DNA of 32,000 nt from Demequinaceae bacterium. GTDB taxonomy: Bacteria > Actinomycetota > Actinomycetes > Actinomycetales > Demequinaceae. The notes under the pieces were generated by a model. It saw only the letters and a list, made by a program, of their open reading frames with translations, did not search any database and was not told where the DNA came from. The first letter of the stretch is position 1; the number at the start of each line of letters is the position of its first letter. A program made the translations under genes and the position numbers. Positions 8,085 to 17,430 of the stretch are shown here, in pieces. The DNA is taken from contig OZ252279.1 of the NCBI GenBank assembly GCA_965250005.1, positions 1,950,001-1,982,000 on the forward strand, given 5' to 3'.

Positions 8085-10820
8085 ATGACTACTACGACGC
8101 CTGCGCCCGCGCAGACCAGCAAGTCGGCCACGACGGCCGGATCCCCTGACGCTGCGACCGCGATTGACGCGCTGGTCGCCAACGCGCAGCACGCGCTCGA
8201 GGCGTACTCAGCGTTCACACAGGACGACGTTGACCGCCTGGTCAAGAAGGCGTCCGTCGCGGCGCTCAACCAGCATGGTGAACTCGCGGTGCTTGCCGTC
8301 GAAGAAACCGGCCGAGGCGTATTCGAAGACAAGGCTGTGAAGAACATTTTCGCGTGCGAGCACGTGACGCACTCGATGAAGACCGTCAAAACCGTTGGCG
8401 TCATCAGCGAGGATCCGATTGCCGGGATCACTGAGATCGCCGAGCCGGTAGGCGTGATCTGCGGAGTCACCCCCGTCACCAACCCCACATCGACCGCGAT
8501 CTTCAAGTCGCTCATCGCGCTCAAGACGCGCAACCCCATCATTTTTGCCTTTCACCCGTCCGCGCAAAAGTCTTCGGTCGCCGCGGCCACAATTGTTCGC
8601 GACGCAGCTGTCGCGGCCGGAGCCCCTGAGCACTGCGTGCAGTGGGTCGATGCTCCGTCGATCGAGGCGACCAACTTGCTTATGAACAATCCGGGCGTGG
8701 CGCTGATTCTCGCTACCGGTGGCAACGCCATGGTGCGCGCGGCGTACTCGTGCGGGAAGCCCGCCCTGGGTGTGGGCGCGGGCAACGTTCCCGCGTACGT
8801 CGCCAAGTCCGCGAAGCTCAAGAGGGCCGTCAACGACATCGTGCTTTCAAAGTCGTTCGACAACGGCATGGTGTGCGCGTCCGAGCAGGCTGCGATTCTC
8901 GACGCCGAGATCTACGAGGACGCCATGGCGGAGTTCGCGACGCTGCACGCGTACCGGTGCACGCCAGAGGAAAAGTCCAAGCTGGAGCAGTTCATCTTCG
9001 GCGTCGACGCGAAGGGCACCAACTGCGCGGAGGCCAAGCTCAACGCCACCGTGGTGGGCCAGAGCCCGGTTTGGATCGCGGAACAGGCGGGCTTCACTGT
9101 GCCAGCGGACACGTCAATCATCCTTGCCGAGGTCGAGCACGTCGGAGAAGACGAGCCGCTCACGCGCGAGAAACTCTGCCCCGTCCTCGCGGTGCTCCGA
9201 GCGGAAGACACCGAGCATGGCATAAGCCTCGCCGAACAGATGGTTGAGTTCCACGGCCTCGGCCACAGCGCTGCGATACACACGACGGACGATGCGCTCG
9301 CCACGGAGTATGGTTCGCGCGTCAAGGCTGTCCGCATACTGGTCAACGCGCCGTCATCGCATGGTGGCATCGGCGATATATACAACTCGCTCATTCCGTC
9401 CCTCACGCTGGGCTGCGGCTCGTATGGCGCCAACTCGGTCTCGAACAACGTCTCTGCCGTCAACCTGGTCAACGTCAAGCGGATCGCGCGGAGGAACAAC
9501 AACATGCAGTGGTTCAAGGTTCCGGCCAAGACATACTTCGAGCCCAACGCAATTCAGTACCTGCGCGACATGGCAGGCATTGAGCGCGTCACGATCGTCA
9601 CCGACCACACGATGACCAAGCTCGGTTTTGTCGACAAAGTCATTGACGTGCTCAGCCGCCGCAACAACAAGGTGGCGTTCCAGATCATCGACAACGTCGA
9701 GCCGGAGCCGAGCATCGGGACAGTGAAGAAAGGCGCCGAGATCATGCGGGACTACCGGCCGGACACCATCATCGCGCTGGGCGGTGGATCGCCCATGGAC
9801 GCGGCAAAAGTGATGTGGCTGCTGTACGAGCACCCCGACATAGATTTCGCGGACTTAAAAGAGAAGTTCTTCGACGTGCGCAAGCGAGCGTTCCAGTTCC
9901 CCAAGTTGGGCGACCTCGCCAAGCTGGTCTGCATCCCGACCACGTCCGGAACGGGCGCGGAGGTGACGCCATTCGCGGTGATCACGGACACTGAGACCGG
10001 GCGAAAGTACCCGCTCGCGGACTACGCACTCACGCCAACAGTCGCGATCATCGACCCGAACCTGACGGCCGACATGCCGGCCAAACTCGCGGCTGACAGC
10101 GGCTTCGATGCGCTGACACACGCGACCGAGGCGTACGTATCTGTTTACGCGAACGACTTCACCGACGGCATGGCGCTCCAGGCGATCAAGTTGATATTCG
10201 ACAACCTCGAGGCGTCGGTCGCTGGAGGGCGAGCGGCCACGGAAGCGCGGGAGAAGATGCACAACGCCGGCACGATCGCGGGCATGGCGTTCGGGAATGC
10301 CTTCCTGGGCATCGTTCATTCGATGGCGCACACCGTCGGCTCGGCCTTCCACTTGGTGCACGGGCGGACCAACGCGGTGCTGCTGCCGCACGTAATTCGC
10401 TACAACGGCACCATCCCCACCAAGCTGACCAGCTGGCCCAAGTACGAGCACTATGTCGCCCCCGAACGATTTCAGCAGATCGCGGCGACGCTCGGCCTGA
10501 GCGCGAGCACACCGGATGAGGGCGTCGAGTCCTACGCAGCGGCCGTGGAGAAACTGCGCGACGCCGTCGGCATCGAGCGCTCATTCCAGGCCCAGGGTGT
10601 CGACGAGACGAACTTCATTGGCAAGCTAGACGAATTGGCGATGACCGCGTACGAGGACCAGTGCGCACCCGCCAATCCACGGATGCCGATGCTTGCGGAC
10701 ATGAAGGTGCTGATGGAGGCCGCGTACCGCGGCACCACGTTCGCGGAGGTCACCGGGGCGAAGGTCCCCGCCGCCACTAAGAAGCGGGCCGAAAAGACCA
10801 AGGCGGATGCTCGCGCTTAG
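8085..10820 (+). CDS. adhE: Bifunctional acetaldehyde-CoA / alcohol dehydrogenase
   Basis: ORF 7992..10820, with start moved to the ATG at 8085 (AAGGGAG at 8067-8073). The N-terminal ALDH domain carries ...VTPVTNPTSTAIFK...GMVCASEQ.... The C-terminal iron-dependent ADH domain carries ...ALGGGSPMDAAK...GFDALTHATEAY...HSMAHTVG.... Confidence 0.95.
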   Translation: MTTTTPAPAQTSKSATTAGSPDAATAIDALVANAQHALEAYSAFTQDDVDRLVKKASVAALNQHGELAVLAVEETGRGVFEDKAVKNIFACEHVTHSMKTVKTVGVISEDPIAGITEIAEPVGVICGVTPVTNPTSTAIFKSLIALKTRNPIIFAFHPSAQKSSVAAATIVRDAAVAAGAPEHCVQWVDAPSIEATNLLMNNPGVALILATGGNAMVRAAYSCGKPALGVGAGNVPAYVAKSAKLKRAVNDIVLSKSFDNGMVCASEQAAILDAEIYEDAMAEFATLHAYRCTPEEKSKLEQFIFGVDAKGTNCAEAKLNATVVGQSPVWIAEQAGFTVPADTSIILAEVEHVGEDEPLTREKLCPVLAVLRAEDTEHGISLAEQMVEFHGLGHSAAIHTTDDALATEYGSRVKAVRILVNAPSSHGGIGDIYNSLIPSLTLGCGSYGANSVSNNVSAVNLVNVKRIARRNNNMQWFKVPAKTYFEPNAIQYLRDMAGIERVTIVTDHTMTKLGFVDKVIDVLSRRNNKVAFQIIDNVEPEPSIGTVKKGAEIMRDYRPDTIIALGGGSPMDAAKVMWLLYEHPDIDFADLKEKFFDVRKRAFQFPKLGDLAKLVCIPTTSGTGAEVTPFAVITDTETGRKYPLADYALTPTVAIIDPNLTADMPAKLAADSGFDALTHATEAYVSVYANDFTDGMALQAIKLIFDNLEASVAGGRAATEAREKMHNAGTIAGMAFGNAFLGIVHSMAHTVGSAFHLVHGRTNAVLLPHVIRYNGTIPTKLTSWPKYEHYVAPERFQQIAATLGLSASTPDEGVESYAAAVEKLRDAVGIERSFQAQGVDETNFIGKLDELAMTAYEDQCAPANPRMPMLADMKVLMEAAYRGTTFAEVTGAKVPAATKKRAEKTKADARA

Positions 10821-10860
10821 CCGAACGATGAGATGACGTTGGCCCGGCGCTGGTTACTCT

Positions 10861-10900
10861 GAGCTTGTGAAGGCACGGAGAAGCTTGTGAAGGCACGGAG
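10861..10900 (+). repeat. 20-bp tandem duplication (G/A)AGCTTGTGAAGGCACGGAG x2 spanning the M15 peptidase start codon
   Basis: 10861-10880 and 10881-10900 are identical at 19 of 20 positions. Copy 1 carries a GTG (10867) opening a 7-codon ORF (MKARRSL*) whose TGA (10888-10890) overlaps the GTG (10887) of copy 2. Confidence 0.9.
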
Positions 10901-11792
10901 ACTGCTGGGGCTGGGCATTGCCGCGGTCGTCGCACTCGGAGCGTGTGGAGCGGGCCCCGACGTGCAGCAAGCGCCGAGTCTCGAACCCAGCCCACACGTC
11001 GCGGCGAGCCCTGGCGCCGCGCCGACGCCAGCCGCGTCCCCTAGCCCGTCACCGTCACCGTCACCGTCACCGTCGCCTAGCCCCGGCCAGACGCGTCCCG
11101 CGTGGCTCGGCACGATCGTTCTCGACGAGCGTCCCGACGGATTTGGATACAAGCAGCCGACTCCGCCTGAGTTGGAGGAGCGCGCGCTCCCGCCGCGCAG
11201 GCACCTGCCGGATCCTCAAGCCGACGCGTTCGTAGCAACCGTGTCTGCCGTGCCGGCGCACGTGGCCGCTCGGTCGACGTGGCACTCGGGGTGCCCGATC
11301 GCGCTCGACGACCTGCGATACATCGTGATGACCTTCTGGGGTTTCGACGACCGCCCTCACCGGGGCGAGATGATCGTTAACGCGTCCGTTGCCGCAGACA
11401 TCGTCCAGGCATTTGAGGATCTGTACCAGGCGCGGTACCCGATCGAGGAGATGCGCGTCTATTCGCAAACGGATCGCGAGGCGCCTCGCACCGGCGACCT
11501 CAACGTGACATCGGCCTACGCGTGCCGGCCCGTCGCAACTACAACCAACACTTGGTCCCAGCACGCGTACGGGCTCGCGATCGACATCAACCCCTTCATG
11601 AACCCGTACACCAAGGGCGACCTGCTGGTCCCGGAGTTATCGACGGCCTACCTAGATCGATCGTGGGTGCGGCCCGGCATGATCTTCGAGGGCGGCGTGG
11701 TGGTGGACGCGTTTGACTCCATTGGGTGGGGGTGGGGTGGCCGTTGGGTAGTTCCGGTAGACCTCCACCATTTCTCGCTCAAGGGAATCTAA
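10887..11792 (+). CDS. M15-family metallopeptidase lipoprotein (VanY / D-Ala-D-Ala carboxypeptidase-like) with a (Ser-Pro)n linker
   Basis: MKARRLLGLGIAAVVALGACGAG is a signal peptide with lipobox LGAC, followed by ...SPSPSPSPSPSPSPSPG. The C-terminal domain has WSQHAYGLAIDINP and ...VDLHHFS, typical of zinc D,D-peptidases of family M15. GGAG lies 6 nt before the GTG start. Confidence 0.75.
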   Translation: MKARRLLGLGIAAVVALGACGAGPDVQQAPSLEPSPHVAASPGAAPTPAASPSPSPSPSPSPSPSPGQTRPAWLGTIVLDERPDGFGYKQPTPPELEERALPPRRHLPDPQADAFVATVSAVPAHVAARSTWHSGCPIALDDLRYIVMTFWGFDDRPHRGEMIVNASVAADIVQAFEDLYQARYPIEEMRVYSQTDREAPRTGDLNVTSAYACRPVATTTNTWSQHAYGLAIDINPFMNPYTKGDLLVPELSTAYLDRSWVRPGMIFEGGVVVDAFDSIGWGWGGRWVVPVDLHHFSLKGI

Positions 11793-11891
11793 GTTGCCAG
11801 TAAGAGTCGCGAGTTGTGACATATCGGACACAGGGAGTTCGGCGCGGCGACTATGCGCCCGCCAATGCCGCGCCTACGCTCGTAGGGGGCG

Positions 11892-12611
11892 GTGCCGACC
11901 CCACGCGCCCAAAAAACCGTGATCCGATTCGACAACGTTTCCAAGGTCTACGCTCGCGGCGCCCAACCGGCGCTCGACGCTGTCGACGTCACAATTGAGC
12001 GCGGAGACTTCGTGTTCCTGGTTGGCTCGTCGGGCTCGGGAAAATCCACCTTCTTGAAACTCGTGCTTAGAGAAGAACGACCCACGGGTGGCCAGATATA
12101 CGTGGCAGGCCGTGACCTCGGCAAACTATCCGGGTGGAGAGTGCCGCTGCTCCGACGAGAAATTGGTGCGGTCTTCCAGGACTTCCGGCTGCTGCCCAAC
12201 AAGACAGTCGCGCAGAATGTCGGCTTCGCTCTTCAGGTTATTGGCAAAGGCAAGCGGCACATCGCAGAGGCGGTTCCGGAGACTCTTGAAATGGTGGGGC
12301 TCGCGGGAAAAGAGAAGCGGCTGCCACACGAGCTCTCAGGCGGCGAGCAGCAGCGCGTGGCGATCGCGCGCGCGTTCGTTAATCACCCGCCCATCCTGCT
12401 GTGTGATGAGCCCACCGGAAACCTTGACCCCGGCACAAGCGTTGGAATCATGAGGCTACTGGACCGGATCAACCGCACGGGAACTACGGTCCTCATGGCC
12501 ACTCACGACGACGAGATAGTTGACCAGATGCGCAAGCGTGTGATCGAGCTCAAGGCCGGGCGCGTTGTTCGTGACCAAGTGCAGGGCGTTTACGGATTGG
12601 AGAACTCGTGA
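11892..12611 (+). CDS. ftsE: Cell-division ABC ATPase FtsE
   Basis: [11 protein letters not shown]..., Walker [10 protein letters not shown], signature [14 protein letters not shown], Walker [13 protein letters not shown]. The start is either GTG 11892 or GTG 11919, which would give the canonical (M)IRFDNV N-terminus. Confidence 0.95.
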   Translation: MPTPRAQKTVIRFDNVSKVYARGAQPALDAVDVTIERGDFVFLVGSSGSGKSTFLKLVLREERPTGGQIYVAGRDLGKLSGWRVPLLRREIGAVFQDFRLLPNKTVAQNVGFALQVIGKGKRHIAEAVPETLEMVGLAGKEKRLPHELSGGEQQRVAIARAFVNHPPILLCDEPTGNLDPGTSVGIMRLLDRINRTGTTVLMATHDDEIVDQMRKRVIELKAGRVVRDQVQGVYGLENS

Positions 12612-13522
12612 GACTGCGGTTCATCCTCTCCGAGGTCTGGCAAGGGCTTCGACGCAACTCGACCATGGCGCTGTCCGTGGTCATCGTGACGTTCGTGTCG
12701 CTTGCTTTCGTTGGTAGCGCGGCACTTCTCCAGATTCAGGTCGACAAGCTCAAGGACGACTGGTTCGATCGCGTCGAGGTCTCGATCTTCCTGTGCCCGA
12801 AACTCTCGCCCGAGGCCAAGTGCCAGGCGGGACCCGTGACTCCCGCCGAGGAAGACCGCATCGAGCAGGTCCTCACCACCGGCGCATTGGGCGAGTTGGT
12901 CGATCAGGTCTACTATGAGTCAAAAGCCGAGGCATACGAAAACCTCATTGCTCGCGACGCCGACGGCTTCTACGCTCAGCACCTCACTGCAGACGATATG
13001 CAGCCTAGCTTCCGAGTAAAACTCAAGGACCCTGAGCAGTTCAAGCTTGTGGCGGACGCGACAGAGAACCTCGTAGGCGTCGAAAAAGTTGTTGACCAGC
13101 GGGCGATATTTTCCCAGCTGTTCCAGGCGCTCAATGGCGCGACCCTCGTGGCTGCGGGGATCGCGCTCGTGATGTCGTTGGCCGCGGGCCTGCTCATCAC
13201 CACGACAATCCGGCTGAGCGCGCTCAGCCGCAGGCGCGAGACCACCATCATGCGTATGGTCGGCTCCTCAAAGACCCTGATTCAGCTGCCATTCATGCTT
13301 GAGGGCGCGATCGCAGCCGTATTCGGAGCAGCGCTCGCGGTTGCTGGGCTCTGGCTTAGCGTGCGCTATCTGGTGGAAGGCTGGCTGGGCCGGGAACTCC
13401 AGTGGGTCGACTACATCGTTGCGAGCGACGTGTTTATTGTCGCGCCGTGGCTCGTACTCATTGCCTTTGCTCTGTCCGCCTTCGCGTCGATCGTCACCAT
13501 CGGTAGGTATACGTCAGCATGA
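12608..13522 (+). CDS. ftsX: Cell-division permease-like protein FtsX
   Basis: 304 aa. [17 protein letters not shown], then TM1, a large extracytoplasmic loop and three C-terminal TM helices. The GTG start overlaps the ftsE stop. Confidence 0.92.
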   Translation: MRLRFILSEVWQGLRRNSTMALSVVIVTFVSLAFVGSAALLQIQVDKLKDDWFDRVEVSIFLCPKLSPEAKCQAGPVTPAEEDRIEQVLTTGALGELVDQVYYESKAEAYENLIARDADGFYAQHLTADDMQPSFRVKLKDPEQFKLVADATENLVGVEKVVDQRAIFSQLFQALNGATLVAAGIALVMSLAAGLLITTTIRLSALSRRRETTIMRMVGSSKTLIQLPFMLEGAIAAVFGAALAVAGLWLSVRYLVEGWLGRELQWVDYIVASDVFIVAPWLVLIAFALSAFASIVTIGRYTSA

Positions 13523-14805
13523 TTTTCTCTCGCCACCGCAGCTCGTACGCCCTTGTGGCGGCGGCGGTTTTCGTGCTCACTATGGGACTGTCAAGTGCGA
13601 CAGCGGCGGGACCTGGATCTTTGCCGCTCGATGCCGATTACGACGCTGCGATCGCCGAGGCCGAATCCAAAAAGGCGGAGCTCGAGCAGCAAGAGGATGA
13701 GCTCGACCACCTGCTCGAGGGCACGGCGATGGAGATTGTCGAAGCCAACTCGCGCTTGCGCGATCTGAATGGCCGCCTTCCCGAGGCGCAGCTTGAACTT
13801 GAGCTAGCCGAAGATCGGCTGCTGCACGCGCTGCTGCAACTTGAGATCGCCGAACGCAAGTTGGACGCAGCCGAGCAAGAGGACCGGCGCATCAGCGCGC
13901 AGATCGCGATTGACGAGCGCAGGATGGCGGAGCTCTCGCAGATCGTTTCCGAGCTCGCTCGATCTTCGTACCGTGGCGAAGACTCCGACTCCACGCTGAG
14001 GTTGATCTTTGGGGCAGCGAACACCGACGAGTTCGTTAGCGAATTCACACTCCAGCACACGGCGACCCGCACGCAAGGAAGAGCCCTCGCAGAGATGGAG
14101 CAGATTGCGGCGATGAACCGCAACCGCGCCGACCGCCAGGATGCGGTGCGAGAATACGCGGAGCAACTGCGGGCCATCGCCGCCAAGCTTGTCGACGAGT
14201 CCGAGCGCGCTCGAACGATCGCCGAATCGCGCAAAGCCGAGATCGAAGAGTTGCTTGTCGAGCAGGTCGAGATCAAGGCGTTCCTCGAAGGAGAGCGGGA
14301 TGCGTTCCTAGCCGAGCTCAAGAGAGTTGAACGCGAGCAACTAGAGACAGAATTCGAACTCGCGATCCTGGCCCGCAAGCAGTTGGATGCGGGTCTGTCC
14401 TACGGCGATGGAATCTTCACGCCCCCCGTCTCCACGGTCTATGTGACATCGCCATACGGGTATCGCATTCATCCCATCTACGGCGCCCGCATTTTCCACA
14501 GTGGTGTAGACATGCGCGCTCGCTGCGGGGTGCCGATTTACGCAGTCACTCACGGCCAGGTGGAGTGGGCCAAGCCGAGCGGCGGTCACGGCAATCAAGT
14601 GATGTTGAGCCATGGCGTGATCGACGGCAAGGTGTACATGTCGTCGTACAACCACTTGACGAGATTCAACGTCTCTAACGGAGACCTGGTTTTCCGAGGT
14701 GACGTGATCGGCTTTGCGGGAACTACCGGAAGTTCGACAGCCTGCCACCTCCATTTGGAAATTCTCATTAACGGCAAGATCACCAACCCGATGAACATCA
14801 TCTAG
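13519..14805 (+). CDS. Secreted coiled-coil M23 (LytM) peptidoglycan endopeptidase, probable FtsEX-controlled hydrolase
   Basis: ATGA overlap with the ftsX stop. Signal peptide, then about 260 aa of heptad-like Glu/Leu/Ala/Arg-rich sequence, then a C-terminal LytM domain with intact metal ligands HSGVD (HxxxD) and HLHLE (HxH). Confidence 0.85.
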   Translation: MIFSRHRSSYALVAAAVFVLTMGLSSATAAGPGSLPLDADYDAAIAEAESKKAELEQQEDELDHLLEGTAMEIVEANSRLRDLNGRLPEAQLELELAEDRLLHALLQLEIAERKLDAAEQEDRRISAQIAIDERRMAELSQIVSELARSSYRGEDSDSTLRLIFGAANTDEFVSEFTLQHTATRTQGRALAEMEQIAAMNRNRADRQDAVREYAEQLRAIAAKLVDESERARTIAESRKAEIEELLVEQVEIKAFLEGERDAFLAELKRVEREQLETEFELAILARKQLDAGLSYGDGIFTPPVSTVYVTSPYGYRIHPIYGARIFHSGVDMRARCGVPIYAVTHGQVEWAKPSGGHGNQVMLSHGVIDGKVYMSSYNHLTRFNVSNGDLVFRGDVIGFAGTTGSSTACHLHLEILINGKITNPMNII

Positions 14806-14861
14806 GCTGTTACCTCGCTAGGACGTCAGGGCGCGCTCGCGCCTATTCGAGGAGGTGAGTC

Positions 14862-15326
14862 ATGGTCGAGGGTATCAACGTGGTTGCGACCAACCGCAAA
14901 GCGCGCCACGACTACTTCATTGGCGAGACGTTCGAGGCCGGGCTGCAGCTCACGGGAACGGAAGTCAAGTCTCTGAGGCAAGGCCGCGCTTCCCTGGTGG
15001 ACGGCTATGTGAGCGTGGAACGTGGTGAAGCCTGGCTCGAAAATGTCCACATCCCGGAGTACACCGAGGGGACGTGGACAAATCACGCGCCGCGCAGACG
15101 TCGCAAGCTCCTGCTCCATGGCAACGAGATTGAGCGTGTGGATGAAGGTGCGCGCGACAAGGGCCACACGGTCATTCCGCTCCGCCTATATTTCACGAAA
15201 GGGCGCGCGAAGGTGGAAATTGCGATCGCGCAGGGCAAGCAATACCACGACAAGCGCCAGGCGCTGCGTGAGAAGCAGGACGCGCGTGAGGCGCAAAGCG
15301 CGATGAGCGTGCGAAAAAAGAGATAA
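14862..15326 (+). CDS. smpB: SsrA-binding protein SmpB
   Basis: 154 aa, ...VATNRKARHDYFIGETFEAGLQLTGTEVKSLR...NHAPRRRRKLLLH.... GAGGAGG lies upstream of the ATG. Confidence 0.95.
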   Translation: MVEGINVVATNRKARHDYFIGETFEAGLQLTGTEVKSLRQGRASLVDGYVSVERGEAWLENVHIPEYTEGTWTNHAPRRRRKLLLHGNEIERVDEGARDKGHTVIPLRLYFTKGRAKVEIAIAQGKQYHDKRQALREKQDAREAQSAMSVRKKR

Positions 15327-15344
15327 ACGCGGCATGATGGTGGC

Positions 15345-17276
15345 ATGAGAAAAGCCCTTGGTGCCCTGATCATCGCCGCCGCTGCCGTCCTCATGCCAAC
15401 GGTTGCCCACGCCGCTGGCGAGGACTATACGAGCGAGTACATCCAGGAGTACACCGCCTCGTACTACGTGAACGCCGACGGCACCACGGACGTGACGGTG
15501 GACTTCACGTACAACTACAACGGCATTTTTCGCCACGGCCCGTACATTTCGCTCATCACGCGCCAGGGCTATGACTCAAGCAACGATCGGTTCTACGACG
15601 TCAGCGACGTGCGCGCATCGAGCCCCAGCGGAGCACCCTCTAGGGTCTACCTCGACCAGGGCGACTACCGACTGGCGATCCGCATCGGCGACGAGAACAT
15701 TTCTGACGTGACGGGTATCCAGCAGTATCGTCTGACGTACACGATTGACGCCGCCCTAAATGACACGCGCGCGAGCGACATCGCCGGCGCCACGCCCGCC
15801 GATGACGATCCACATCTGTGGGATGAGTTCTATTGGAATGTGATCGGAGATCAGTGGACCGTCCCGCTCGCGAACGTGACCATTCACATCAGCGGTGACG
15901 CCGCTATCGTTCCCGTGTCCCAGGACGAGGCGGGGAGCATCTACACCGGGGATGATGTCACGAACGCTGGCGTTTACTGCTTCTCGGGTTCGTATGGCTC
16001 CAGCGCCTCATGCACGGGCGCAATGCTCGACGCCTCTGGCGCGACCTTCACGCAGGACTGGGTCAACCCATACGAGCCCGTCACGGTGCTTGTCGCGTTC
16101 CCCGCCGGCTCCGTCGACACCACGCCAAGGATCCGCACCAAGAACGACATTGCGTACGCGCTCTCAATCAACCCAGCCACAGGCGCGGGAGCGCTCGCTG
16201 TTCTCGGCGGCGGGATCGTGTTGCTGAGCAGGCGCATCCGCGGGTCTGCGATTGACGAGCAGTTCGCCGGGCTCACGCCCGGCCTTGCGCCCGTAGGCAC
16301 GGGAGCGGCACGCGTGGTCAAGCGCGATTACAAAGCCCCGGTTGCCGTCCAGTTTGAGCCGCCCGTCGGTATGCGCCCTGGACAGCTCGGCACCCTAATG
16401 GATGAACGCGCTGATGTGCGCGACGTGACGGCGACGATTGTTGACCTCGCCGTGCGCGGCTACCTCCGCATCGACGAAATTGTCGAGGAGGGCAAGAAGC
16501 GCAAGAAGAAACCGGACTATAGGTTCATCAAGCTTCGCGATGCCGACGACGGCCTGGTCAAGTACGAGCGCCTGCTCTTTGACGGTCTGTTCGACAAGCG
16601 TGACGAAATCGAACTGAGTGACCTCAAGACCACCTTCGCGTCCGACCTCGCGAAGGTTCAGGCACAGATGTACCGCAACGTCACGGCCCTCGGATGGTTC
16701 CGTAGCAACCCGAACACCACCCGAAACAGCTGGGTCGTTGCGGGCATATTCATCTTGATTGCTGGACTCGTGCTCACGTTCGTCGTGGGCGGGCTCGGGC
16801 CATGGGCACTGATCCCGCTACCGATCGCGCTCGTGGGGATTATGGTGATCGCGACCACCAAGAACGCGCCAGCGCGCAAGGCCGAGGGCACGCGCGTCTT
16901 GGTGCAGGCGCAAGGTTTCCAGACCTTCCTCGAGACGGCCGACGGCAACAAACTCCGCTTCGAGGAGGGGCACGATCTTTTCAGCGCGTACCTTCCTTTC
17001 GCGATCGCATTCGGGGTCGCGGACAAATGGTCCGCAGTGTTCGAGAAGCTTGCGAAGCAGGGCGCGAACCTCGCCGAGCCCACGTGGTACGGAGGCACGT
17101 ACGGCCACTTCTGGGCCAACTCTGCGGGCTTTGGTGATCGCATGACCAGCTTCGCATCAATTGCGGACGCCGCGATCAGTGCGCCGACGCCGGGTTCGAG
17201 CGGCGGCTCGGGCTTCAGCTCGGGCGGCGGCTTCTCCGGTGGTGGTGGTGGTGGCGGCGGTGGCGGATCCTGGTAG
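15345..17276 (+). CDS. DUF2207-like membrane protein with a C-terminal poly-glycine tail
   Basis: 643 aa. Signal peptide, extracytoplasmic N-terminal domain, TM, cytoplasmic segment, two TM helices, then the tail ...SSGGSGFSSGGGFSGGGGGGGGGGSW. The architecture matches my memory of DUF2207 proteins. Confidence 0.65.
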   Translation: MRKALGALIIAAAAVLMPTVAHAAGEDYTSEYIQEYTASYYVNADGTTDVTVDFTYNYNGIFRHGPYISLITRQGYDSSNDRFYDVSDVRASSPSGAPSRVYLDQGDYRLAIRIGDENISDVTGIQQYRLTYTIDAALNDTRASDIAGATPADDDPHLWDEFYWNVIGDQWTVPLANVTIHISGDAAIVPVSQDEAGSIYTGDDVTNAGVYCFSGSYGSSASCTGAMLDASGATFTQDWVNPYEPVTVLVAFPAGSVDTTPRIRTKNDIAYALSINPATGAGALAVLGGGIVLLSRRIRGSAIDEQFAGLTPGLAPVGTGAARVVKRDYKAPVAVQFEPPVGMRPGQLGTLMDERADVRDVTATIVDLAVRGYLRIDEIVEEGKKRKKKPDYRFIKLRDADDGLVKYERLLFDGLFDKRDEIELSDLKTTFASDLAKVQAQMYRNVTALGWFRSNPNTTRNSWVVAGIFILIAGLVLTFVVGGLGPWALIPLPIALVGIMVIATTKNAPARKAEGTRVLVQAQGFQTFLETADGNKLRFEEGHDLFSAYLPFAIAFGVADKWSAVFEKLAKQGANLAEPTWYGGTYGHFWANSAGFGDRMTSFASIADAAISAPTPGSSGGSGFSSGGGFSGGGGGGGGGGSW

Positions 17277-17407
17277 TGCTGACCTGACAATGGAGGCGGG
17301 CGGTGGCAGAATGCACGGCCTGTGACTGGGCTGACGGCGAGGGATCTGCACGGTCGGCACGAGGTCACGGTTGAGCGACGGTTATGTGCAGCCAGCGTTT
17401 GTGCCCG

Positions 17408-17413
17408 TAGAAT
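17408..17413 (+). promoter_or_regulatory. Candidate -10 element (TAGAAT) for ssrA
   Basis: TAGAAT lies 17 nt upstream of the mature tmRNA 5' end (17431). No convincing -35 at canonical spacing. The precursor would be trimmed by RNase P. Confidence 0.35.
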
Positions 17414-17430
17414 AGGGCCACAACTCCACA

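Noticed and set aside
10861-11075. CRISPR-like or minisatellite array
   Set aside because: The repeats here are a single 20-bp duplication and an in-frame hexanucleotide coding repeat. There is no repeat-spacer organisation and there are no cas genes anywhere in the window.
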